This document shows, one piece after another, positions 9,442-20,500 of a DNA stretch of 64,000 nt. The stretch covers positions 310,001-374,000 of the forward strand of contig CDROCS010000852.1 in the NCBI GenBank assembly GCA_977020255.1. Direction: 5' to 3'. The position numbers were made by a program, and so were the translations under genes. Under the pieces are notes generated by a model. That model searched no databases. It was not told the origin of the DNA and saw nothing but the letters and a program-made list of their open reading frames with translations. This DNA is from Obrimoposthia wandeli (lineage: Eukaryota). The first letter of the stretch is position 1, and the number at the start of each line of letters is the position of its first letter.

Positions 9442-9845
9442 ATGAATACATCAATTATAAAATTTTATAGCAAAAGTCAACAGGGCGGTGAACTTCCCTA
9501 TTTCATTGGTAAACAATATGGATCTGGTTGGTATCAAACTATTTCTAGATTAGCTATTCCATTTATTAAAAAGTTGGTTTATCAGCAGCTACAAGTGCTG
9601 CCAATGTAATTGGTGAAACGGTAGGAACTGCGTTAACAAATCCAAAAAACATAATTTCATCTCTCAAAGAAAATACAATCAAAGAAGTCAAAACTTTGAT
9701 TCCAAAATTAAAAAATAATGCTGTTGAGAGTTTAAATAAAGTCGCAAATTGTGTTGAACAAAATGGAAAGGGTCTTAAACGTAAAAGAAATAATTTAAAT
9801 AGTATAAACAAACGTCTTAAAGGTACTATTTTCCAAAATGACTAG
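9442..9845 (+). pseudogene. Putative protease-cleaved membrane-lytic/core protein upstream of MCP; 1-nt frameshift at ~9570
   Basis: MNTSIIKFYSKSQQGGELPYFIGKQYGSGWYQTISRLAIPFIK, continuing in the -1 frame as KVGLSAATSAANVIGE...QNGKGLKRKR...IFQND. The break lies in an A5 run (A6 restores the frame). Confidence 0.65.
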
Positions 9846-11058
9846 TATAAAATCTGAATTGTGTATTTTCGATAGACCACTACCTCAAGTAGTGATTGAA
9901 AATTCAAGTTTTGAAGAAATATTTCCAATCAATTCAATTACTGGAAAAAATTTAAATGACATAGAATTTAATATTCATGCATCTGAAGAAGATTATCTGG
10001 ATTTGAATGATACTTTGTTAAATATTAAATTAAAAGTTGTAAATGAAGATGGTACTGATTTAATGAAAGATAGCGATGTAACTCCAGAGAATTACATGTT
10101 TCAAACTTTGTTTAGAGATGTTATTCTAACACTTAATAATGTAAAGGTTGAAGGAGGAAATGGAACGTATACTCATAAGGCTATATTCGATACTCTTTTG
10201 AATTTTAGTAGTGATACCAAGTATACTAACCTTGAATGTTCCGGGTATGATGATGATGCAGAAAATCGTAAACAATGGATTAGTGAATCTAAAATATTTT
10301 CATTGTGTAATTCAATTAGATTAGATTTCTTTGATCAACCAAAATATTTGATTCCAGGGATTAATGTTCATTTGAGATTTATGAGAAATCAGCATAATTT
10401 TTCGCTCTATTCAGAAACTTCAAAACCAATTATTCAAATTCTAGATGCTAGATTGTATGTTAGAAGAGTAAAAGTTGATTCTTCAGTAATGATTGGACAT
10501 CAGTTAGGTTTGCAAAGTCAGAATGCAGTTTACCCAATTAGAAAAACTCAGTTAGTAACATATTCAATTCCTCAGGGTTCTTTGGAACTTAATAAAGATC
10601 AAATATTCGGAGACTATCGTTTACCCAAGTTCATTTTGATTGCTTTCAAAGATACACCTCAGGGTGGTAAGGAATACAAAGTTAAATCTTCTACGTTCAA
10701 TACATTTAATGTTTCAACAATATCATTAGCTAGAAATACAGATTATCGAGAAACTTATAATCTAGATAATAACAATTTTTCATTAGCATATATGCAGTCA
10801 ATTATTCGAAATATGAATATTTTAGATAAAAACGTGAATAATGGTATCAGATTTTCTGATTTTAAATCAGGAAGTTCGATTTTCACTTTTCTATTAGCAC
10901 CAGATTTTGATATAAACACTACTCAAGTGCCTAAAACTGGTAATTTAAGACTTGAAATTAGATTTAATTCTCCTTTGACCGTTCCAACAAGTGTTTTGAT
11001 TTACGGAATATTTGATTCCGAAATTCAGATTACGAAAAATAAAACTGTGATTGTATGA
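9838..11058 (+). CDS. Major capsid protein (double jelly-roll, Polinton PY/hexon-like), intact 406 aa
   Basis: SELCIFD.P..QVVIE...EEIFPINS, IEF.I...E.DYLDLNDT, FFDQPKYLIPG, A.YPI, LPKFILIAF and GNLRLEIRF..PL motifs typical of Polinton MCP. Confidence 0.9.
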   Translation: MTSIKSELCIFDRPLPQVVIENSSFEEIFPINSITGKNLNDIEFNIHASEEDYLDLNDTLLNIKLKVVNEDGTDLMKDSDVTPENYMFQTLFRDVILTLNNVKVEGGNGTYTHKAIFDTLLNFSSDTKYTNLECSGYDDDAENRKQWISESKIFSLCNSIRLDFFDQPKYLIPGINVHLRFMRNQHNFSLYSETSKPIIQILDARLYVRRVKVDSSVMIGHQLGLQSQNAVYPIRKTQLVTYSIPQGSLELNKDQIFGDYRLPKFILIAFKDTPQGGKEYKVKSSTFNTFNVSTISLARNTDYRETYNLDNNNFSLAYMQSIIRNMNILDKNVNNGIRFSDFKSGSSIFTFLLAPDFDINTTQVPKTGNLRLEIRFNSPLTVPTSVLIYGIFDSEIQITKNKTVIV

Positions 11059-11431
11059 AGTAAGCTTATTGTATATTATATTCTTTATTTAAATTAGTAC
11101 TTTAGAAATTCATAAATCCGGAAAAATATTATTGAATAACAAATTTAATGGAGTATATTCATTGGATAAAATTCCATCATTAAAACCCGGAGGTTACATT
11201 ATCAATACTCATACTTCAAATCTACCAGGCGAACATTGGATAGCAATATTCGTTGACAGATTCGAGATTCGAGTGTTTGATCCTTTTGGATTCTATTATC
11301 CTGCAAAGTTGGTGTCTACACTTGAAAAAGAAAACATTCCAGTCTACTATAATCGAGTTAAATGTCAGAATCCATTAACTAAAAACTGCGGACCTCTGAG
11401 TCTTTTATGGTTGAAACTTCAACACAAATAA
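11055..11431 (+). CDS. Adenain-like cysteine protease with a predicted 38-nt intron (11060-11097)
   Basis: Spliced product MNTLEIHK...GVYSLDKIP...INTHTSNLPGEHW...FDPFG...CQ.....CG has the catalytic His, Asp and Cys. The ATG overlaps the MCP stop (ATGA). Confidence 0.85.
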
Positions 11432-11898
11432 TTTTAAGTATAAACAAATATATCATTATAGATTTTCATTTTATTTTTTCAAATGGCTTTTATATGAATG
11501 TTTTATTGATAATAATGGAGAATATATTCTTGTCTTGTTCATTTCATTACGTGTTTAAAAATCAAATACCATGGAGTAGTTTATCATTTACAGTTAAAAG
11601 AAAAAATCTATATTTGATAAATCATCATCATCAGTTATCCTGGTTTGAAGGTGAAAGCTCTGATATTCATATTGATGATGTTGAAACAATATTCTATGTT
11701 ATGGATTCTATTGATGGAAAGAAAATTAATTTAGTGAAACGAATGTTTCCAAATTTGAGAATTGTGAATTATAATAAAAGTTTCAAAAATTTAAAGAAAA
11801 TGCCAAAAAATATTCGATGTCCGTTTAGAAAACACGGAAAACATTGTGCTTATTTGAAATGTTTTTCTCTATGTATTGATTATGTAAATTGTATATAA
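11407..11898 (+). CDS. Accessory protein resembling a DEDD/Maelstrom-like nuclease-fold ORF seen in invertebrate Polintons
   Basis: IIIDFH...FK..IPWSSLS...KRKN.YL..HHHQLSWFEG...CPFRKHGKHCA pattern, recalled from Polinton accessory ORFs and not verified. Confidence 0.45.
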   Translation: MVETSTQIILSINKYIIIDFHFIFSNGFYMNVLLIIMENIFLSCSFHYVFKNQIPWSSLSFTVKRKNLYLINHHHQLSWFEGESSDIHIDDVETIFYVMDSIDGKKINLVKRMFPNLRIVNYNKSFKNLKKMPKNIRCPFRKHGKHCAYLKCFSLCIDYVNCI

Positions 11899-11951
11899 AT
11901 ATATTTATTAAGGATATTTTATTTTAATATATAATTTATGTTATTTAAATA

Positions 11952-12705
11952 AATTTTACCATAATTCTTTAGATGTGTAAGCCTGGAAAAACTTTGATCT
12001 TAATTTTCACATAGAATAGTATGTGTGTGATTACGTAATACATTCTTAACTGATAAGAGTGAACTTTAGTCTAAATTTTCACATAGAATAGTGTGTGTAT
12101 GATTACGTCATACATTCCTTAACTGATAAGAGTGAACTTTATCCTAAATTTTCATTATGGACTAGATCACAAAAAGAAGGGTGGAGACTAAGCCACTTGA
12201 CTCTTTGAATTAGTGGTTAGCCAAAAAGAAGGGTGGAGACTAGACCACAAAAAGAAGGGTGGAAACTAAGCCACTTGACTCTTTGAATTAGTGGTTAGCC
12301 AAAAAGAAGGTGGAGACTAGACCACAAAAAGAAGGGTGGAGACTAGATCACAAAAAGAAGGGTGGAGACTAGATCACAAAAAGAAGGGTGGAGACTAAGC
12401 CACTTGACCCTTTCATAGTGGTATATCACAAAAAGAAGGGTGGAGACTAAGCCACTTGACCCTTTCATAGTGGTATATCTCAAAAAGAAGGGTGGAGACT
12501 AAGCCACTTGACCCTTTCATAGTGGTATATCACAAAAAGAAGGGTGGAGACTAAGCCACTTGACCCTTTAATCTATGGACGACCATAGTGGTATATCAAA
12601 GAAGGATGGAGTCTAAGCCACTTGACCCCCCCTAAAGGGTGTCACACCATAAGGGTATATGTTGCCTCACCTCCGGTGGGGGGGGTCAAGTGGCTTCTAC
12701 CTACT
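11952..12705 (-). repeat. Right terminal inverted repeat of Polinton A
   Basis: Mirrors 998-1710. About six full and several truncated GGGTGGAGACTAAGCCACTTGAC units, plus an extra ~73-bp tandem duplication near 12000-12148. Confidence 0.95.
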
Positions 12706-13289
12706 ATGGTGTATGGTATTTTGAATTGGATTATGAATTTTAAGCTTGTGACAAACAATGTAATAATTTTTGTCAAGTTTATGTGATAATGGATTTTGAT
12801 GAAAATTTTGAAGAATCCAGAGACAAAGACAAAACCAGTTTTATTGGTAATGAAGATAGTATAATGTGCTTCAATATTTTTCAAGAGTTGATGAAAATTT
12901 AGGTTATACTCATATTAAAAATATGTAATAATCAATCAGTTTTAAATTTATAACGAAAACGTTTTAAAAAGTTGTTTAAAATTAAACTTTTACACATTTA
13001 AAAATAATTACCTGTATTTTTCATAATTTACTATTTATTTTATGGACTGTATATATTACTTTTGCTTAGAAATTTCATTTTTACAAATATTTGATTTAAA
13101 TATTCTATTCAACTCTGAGATATGTAATCTGTCAACTCCCACTGTGTAAATGTGGATATAGCACAATCATATCAATCTAACAAAAAGAACATTAAAAAAA
13201 TTAATATATTGAAATGGAATGGAATGCTTCTGAATCTAGCTTAAATTAAAAACATTTTAAAATTTTGAATAAACGTGTTTTGAAAAGCC

Positions 13290-13377
13290 AAAAAATTATT
13301 TCACTCCACACACATGCACGGTTTTAAAGGACAGTGGTTGAGGAGGGTGTGGATTAAACCGGACACATCCACCTACT
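13290..13377 (-). mobile_element. Isolated terminus of a family-B Polinton
   Basis: Reverse complement AGTAGGTGGATGTGTCCGGTTTAATCCA and CCTTTAAAACCGTGCATGTGTGTGGAGTGAA match 25462-25556. Confidence 0.75.
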
Positions 13378-14557
13378 GATTATCGCTTGAAAAGATTCTC
13401 TTATCAATATAATAATACTTAATATAGAGCTAATATCTAATAAGTCAATGATTTTTGACTCAAAAGCGTTTCCAGTTTTCCATTTTTCTTCATAATATTT
13501 TTTGAATAGTTAAGTCTTCAGCTGATTCTAGAACTTTTCAACATTACAGTTTCTTATAGCCATCAATAAATTGTTGTAAAGATTCGAAGCATAAATTTCA
13601 AACATTTTGTTTGTATTTGAGAATTTCTTAAACAACCTCCTGTCATCATCGTTGCTCCAGACTCGAGAAGATCAAATAAATAGTTGGCTTTGTGAGAGAA
13701 TTTCTTTTCTTTTGTAATAATTTGGATTTTGAATTCAATTCTGACACTGATTGGTAGCCAATGAAGCTGCAATAAATGTTCATTTATACAAGCATTTTTC
13801 TTTAATTTGAATATAATTCTGACGGTTTTGTTTAAAAATTTTAAAAGCAATTTAATGATAAGCTACAATAAGTAATAATTAATTTTGAAAATCAAATCTT
13901 GGTGTAAAAATTGCATGTGTTTGTATTGTAGTTTTCCGGTAGTAATGTATTTTCTTATTACATAAATCTTTTTAATGTGACTTTTGCATGTTCTTATTCC
14001 TTTATTAATTTAAAAATTCATTAAAATTTTTCATCAAAGACGCAACCAATTCCTTATTTTTTATTATTATAATTCACGTATTATGTTGGCTTTCACTGAA
14101 AATTTGTAATATAAATATCAGAGGCGTTAATATTTTTTAAAGTGAATATAACAAAAAATATTCGATTAGCAATTTATCTATTTTAAATTACTTTAAATAA
14201 AATTGACTTCCAAATTTCCAAAAATTTTTACGTAATGTAAATTTGTTAAAAATTAATTTAAACCTTACCATAAATATAACTTTTAAAATTACAATTATTA
14301 CGTAAAGCCGGCGTCGACAACGACGCTTACAAAGCTATCGGGACAAGGCTCTTGATGTTATAACTTCTTGTTTGAATAAATGATCTTTAAATTCTAAAAA
14401 TATATTGAAACGTGAAAATGTAACGGAATATTCTCATCTATTTTGTCATAGAACTCTGAAATGAAATTCTATTCCTTAACAAATTCTAAGATAATACTAA
14501 TATGAAATATGAAATATATATCTAGTTAGTGTTTTAAACATTTGTTTTACTCTTCAG

Positions 14558-17500
14558 CATTGGCTACCCAGTCGTGACTATGTGCTTTCAGTTGAAGAAC
14601 TACGTTTCGCACAAATTCCGCTTGGTGAGTGTCATTTCTGGTCGTACGCGAATTGTCACCGGTTTGTCAAGGTCCAAAGACACGATTGTATGGCCACAGG
14701 AAGTTGGGTGACCTTTATTTTACTATCCAAGTGACGCAGTTTGTTTTCGTGTCATTTTAACAATTTGACAAATCGATTTGCACACTAATTTGCTATATAA
14801 TAATGACATTTTAAAATTCCTTAAAAATAATATTAGTATTAATTATATCATTTTTAAAATTATGAATTTTTATTAACTCTTTGAATCCATTTAATATTGT
14901 TCAAATGCAAAGGTTACCTAGACTCTTTTTTAGAATATTTTTTTTTAAATAAATATATAGTTAGTAATAACTATGCTAATTACAATTTAAGGTCATTTGG
15001 TACAATGCAAAAGTTTGGGATAGCCAACTCAAAGTTTTTATTCAATATAATACGATATACCTGTCGCTACTCAACAGTGATAATCGTCAAAATTGTACAT
15101 CACATATAATAAATTAATAATAAAAGTATAAAACTGAATAAACTTTTGTTTAAAATATGTTATGAATAATATGTTTAGAAACAGATTTTAAAATCAATGA
15201 TTATACCTGAAATCAACGGTGATAATAACATAAATGCATACAGACACACACAAAGAAGGTGATGTAGCCTGTATTTTTTATTATGGAAAATATTCAATAT
15301 AACAGTGATACCTAAAATGAACGATGATAGAATTTTTCAAGAAATTAACGTTTCGTGAACTTAAAATGATGTTACTCTAATTATTTAACTTTCGTAAAAT
15401 AATCAATATTTTTAGGATAAACTTTTTTCTTAAAAGTAATAATGAAGCCGTATTTTATTTAATTCAAAGGAAATTTATATGAATATAATGCTAATTTCGA
15501 TAATAATGATGAAAATAATCCAGAATGTAGTGGTATTTATGACAAAATGTGAAAGACAAGATATACTTCAACTGTAAAATATTTTGCATAAGATACGTAA
15601 GATATGTAATTATTAGATTTTGGCACTTTGCAAATATTTGTTATATTACCTTTATCATATTTGTATCTTTATCGATCTACTTACTTTTTTTATCCGTACT
15701 GAGACTTAAAAAGCTGCCTGTTAAAAATTTTTAAAAATAACGCAATTTTATTTATGCAAAATGAATTTACATTGCTGCATAAAAGTCATTAAAATACTAA
15801 TGCTACAGATTTAAACAGCTTTGCTATTTCGTTTTTTGTTGTTGAAATATTTAATTACTTATACTTAATAGTAGTTTAAATTATATATATTTTTAAAGTA
15901 TGAAAACTAAATAAAGAAGAATTATGCGTTTTTTAATCATTTACAATGTCAATGTAGAAATTATAAAGCTTACTTTAAAGTAGAAATTATAATTGAAGTT
16001 TAGCACTATATCTAACAAAAATAGACTAATTTATTCTATTAACATTTTACATACTTGTTAAATATTTGTTAAATATTTGTCCCTCTTTTAGTTTTATATT
16101 TATACTTTAAAAAAATGTGTTAATTTTATATGAATTTCTATATGAACTAATTTTTGTGTTTGTTGAATTTAGAAAAAGGAAATTTATTTAGTAGAGTTGA
16201 AGTTATAACATAAATAATTCCTCAAATGTTGTAAAATTAATAAAAATTAATTTCGTCTGATACAGAGGAGGCCAACCTTTTCCATGACATGGGCTGCATT
16301 TGCATGTCTGAAGAACCACATCTAACCTCTATGATTTTCTTAAATAAATAATTCCTTAACATTTTAAAATAAAAATATTTAGTACTCCCAAAATACGGAG
16401 AACAGTTTTAGTGACTTATTTGTCCCTGGTGATTTAGTGACAACAGAGGGAGATCATTTGGTATACTTGATGCAACAACACGCAGATTGTTCTCCATTTT
16501 CATGTCCGTGATCCTCGTGCGTTGACAAGATTGAATCAAATACATTACAAATCCATTTTCCTGTATTTCCTGAATGAAACTATCAGTTTGGATATCAAAT
16601 TAAATTTCTAAATTCCAGACTTAGTTTTCTATATTTTGAGAGAAGTTATCTGCTGTATAATCCCGATCTGTATTGCAGCGGCGCCAGACTGAAGTAAGGC
16701 GGATCAACCAGTTCTACTACGAGCTGCTGGAGAAGGCTATTCCGGAAGAGCTGCGCCAGTACAGCTACGTGCCGGACAATGACCGAGCCTCTGTGCCGGA
16801 CTCTGTAGCAGAGAACTCGTCCTCTACTACCTCTTCATCGCAAGGCAACAAGCAGGAGGTAGCAGTTACTCATAGCAACAGCGGTGGTGGCAGTGTCAAC
16901 AAGACTGTGGTGCTCAAGAAGAAGGAGGTGCTGTCCGCAAATAGTAGTGCCCTCGTGGTGTCTTCTGGGCAATTACCTTCGCATCAGACCAATGGTCGAG
17001 TCAAGCATCAGAAACCGGTGAGAGACGATGATGATGTCATTTACTGACCCATTTAACAATAGTGTAAGTGAGTAAAATTATGTAAAATTTATTTTTTAAA
17101 TGCACGCAATACATTTTGGATTTACATAAATACATACATTTATGTTAGATCGAGATAAGTTTTGCACACAGTAAATGATATATCTGGAGTAGATATTGGC
17201 GCTCATGTATTATACATTTGTTAAACAAACGTAATAGACTGGAAGATCTATAATTCTTGTTTAATTAAACTGTTTTTCATAAGAAGCCAACAAGTAGATA
17301 CACGTGTCACTGATATCGCCAAGGTAATTAAATCATAACTAAATGATGATCAGACGCCAAAAGAGTGGTATTCCAACCTCAATCTATTATAATCAACCTG
17401 AAAATGTCAACACATAAATTTATGAAATCTTAGCAAAGCCATATTTAAACATGTATATATATGAATATTTTTAATAATGTATTTATACTTCTACAAATGA

Positions 17501-20500
17501 TTAACATTTTAAGTTTAATATTGTTCCTGACCATTATTTCTGAAAATTTGAATTTTTATGATTTCCACCAATGACTTTACTTGTAAGTAACTTAAAAACA
17601 CTTTTTTTAAAAGTTGTCACATGAGACAGAACTTTAAACTTTGGCTTCTTCTTTTACTTATTAATTGGTCTATAAGGTCAACTAGATTAAGGTAATTCAG
17701 ATAAATCTCAAACACATAAATGGCAGATATTGAAATAAAATTAATCAAAAAAACATTACTCAGCTAGAATATAATATACAATTTTATTAGCTTGTCAATT
17801 CCTTAATTATACATAATACCAGTGATAGAACCAAAAAATATTAGTACATTTATTTTATTGTCGTTTATATGCTTTAAATTATTTACATAATAGAAAGTCT
17901 TTTATTGAGTTTTTTGTGTGTTTCACTTATTTTGCTAATCCCAACTTTATTAAAACGTATTACTGAACTGTACAAAATGTAAAGTATAACATAGGATAAT
18001 TTAGTTTACTTTTTGATATTAAGCAACAAAAACGTATCGTTTACTTAAGATTAAAGGTGAAGTAATTTAAAACTTCATCATATATTCTTTTTCGTCTTAC
18101 GTAGAATTTGAATTATGTTATAAAAATATTTTCATATTTAGCAAATTCATTTTGTCTTTGGCAAATTGGCCTTAAATGTAATTTATTTGAAATTTCCCTA
18201 AGAATTAATATAATTTTTAATTTTTTACCAGTGTCTTATGTGACTTTCTAAATTTGGGAAACTAAATCTCGCTAAATTAGAGGTTTCAAATCGAAAAGTA
18301 ATGTTCAACGTAAAATAAAATACGTTCTTTTAAAATGATTCTTAAACTGAAGTTGTCAAATTCTACGGATAAAAATTAAATAGGAGTCGACAATAGGTTT
18401 ATAACTCTAAATAATCTTAATACAACATTTGAATCAAAGTCTATAGTACATTTATTTTGATGTTTTTATTTTGTGGAATTACCCTAACATTCTCCCTACG
18501 CAGAATCACCAACTGCCGGATGTAGTAATGGACAGCAGTAGCAACCACAGTCAGCAGCACCCAGTCAGTTCCCAATCACCTGTCATCCTCAGTCACAGCA
18601 TCCATGCATTTCTGAGTACCCTCCCATCATGTCCCTCCTCCGGTAGTGACCTCCAGCCCTCCACCGTGACCTCCAATGACCACCACAGTACCCAGTTACA
18701 TCCTACAATCAACTCGTCAGTGGTCACAGACCTCTCTGCGACCAATCACCTCCTTGAGGACCACCAACCAGGACCAAATAAAGTGCAGCATCAGCAGCAG
18801 AAATGCAAGCGCAAACCTGCTTCCACGCCGGTAATCAATGGCAACATCCACGAATCCTCAGATAAGCTCCACTGCGAGTCGACAAAGAACAGTCGCGACG
18901 ATGCCATATCTAAGTAAGACACTGTAAAGGGAAAATTTGCTGTTATAAGGAAATTTAGTTGAGAAATTCAATAAACTTTCTTGATAACATTTCTCAGGGG
19001 TGTCAAACTCATTTCAGCCGGTTCATTTTTCTTACACAAACATTCACTACAGCAAACCGAATTTAGTCTTTATATCGTTTTAAGTGAAATTACATAACAT
19101 TAATATAGTTACATTCACTATGAAGACATTATAATCAAGCTAATACATAATTATATGAAATATCCAAAAGTAATAATTAACCCTTGGGCATCTATTGAAG
19201 GTTGATTACTCGGTAAGCTCATTTTAACCTGAATAAATCAACAATTGAGAAACGTTTTAAAATAAAATTTCATATATACCTAATTTGAAATTTTCCTATC
19301 AGACAAAGTCGATAATTTCTTATAAAAGCAATAAAAATCGAATCTATATAAAACGTTTCCATATTAGTGTTATGTTACTTAGTAACTAGACGGATTTTTT
19401 TCTAAATTAAGTCTTGGCCTCTTTAAACTTTATCTTCTTTTATTTATTAATTGTTAGCGGTTAAAATAAATTAGATACATTATATATAGATATATAGATA
19501 CATTTTAGTTTCGTCAGTTAAAAGTAATAAAGTTTAAAATTTATATAATGTTAAATTTTATTAAATTGTTATTCATTAACTCATTTATTAATAATACAAG
19601 TGATATTACTAAATTTATTGTTATTTTCAAATTAACTATGTTAGAAGACCGAAAAACAGGCATAACTAGATTGAATAAAATAATCTGCATTCATTGTTGT
19701 GCTGAGGATATATATATATATATATATATCATTATTGAGCAATGCAAACCTATCACACATTCACTAGCATAAAGATTACCTAAAATCCGTAGGTCCATAA
19801 ATTACAGTTTACATGATCTATTACAGGAGGTAACTACTTATCTTATTCAGTGGGTTTTGATAATATTTAAAAGCTTTTCTAACTTTCTGAAAAGTATTTT
19901 CAAATAATGGAAATTTAGTTTGCCGAGTTCTTAAGATGTAGGCCTTGAAAATAATTTAATTAGATAAGAAAAACAATCTATACATTTCATATCGTTTGCA
20001 GTCAGGTAACTCCTTATGGTTATGAACATATAAAAGAGAAAATTTTATTGTTTACTTGACTATTCTAACTTTTCTTTAGAGTGTTGAGAAGATGAAGTTA
20101 TGGATGGTGTAGCTTTAATTCTTAGTATGGAGAAGTGCATCTTACAACATGGTTCGTAGCAGTCAATGTAAATGGAAAGTGTAAAAAACAAGTAAAGCTA
20201 CAGAAGATGTACGAGTTAAATTAATATTATAGATCATATTAAATTTCACTTAGAAGAACTACAGGATAAAAAAATTCTCAGCAGACACTTAGTGGATTTT
20301 CATTAGCATATTGTTATACCGTTAATAAATTGTTCTTTTCCCTTAGTTAGGTTTTTTATTTTCTACGTCAGCTAAAATATATTTAGTCAATGAAATGTTA
20401 GGGATTGCTACAAAACATGTTTAAACCGTTGTCTCAGGTTCGAAATCCAGCTACGCCGTCTGCGGTCTGAGCTGACACAGCAACGTAAGTCCGAATCGGA

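Larger units (their letters stand above)
998..12705 (+). mobile_element. Polinton/Maverick family A, full length (11,708 bp), lightly decayed
   Basis: Ends are AGTAGGTAGAAG (998) and CTTCTACCTACT (12705), with long TIRs and flanks ATAGTG (992-997) / ATGGTG (12706-12711), a 6-bp TSD with one mismatch. The full Polinton gene set lies inside. Confidence 0.95.

Noticed and set aside
12642-16000. Numerous 60-95 aa AT-rich ORFs here and elsewhere in introns
   Set aside because: I/F/K/N/L-biased, no motifs, mostly non-ATG starts; expected by chance in AT-rich DNA.
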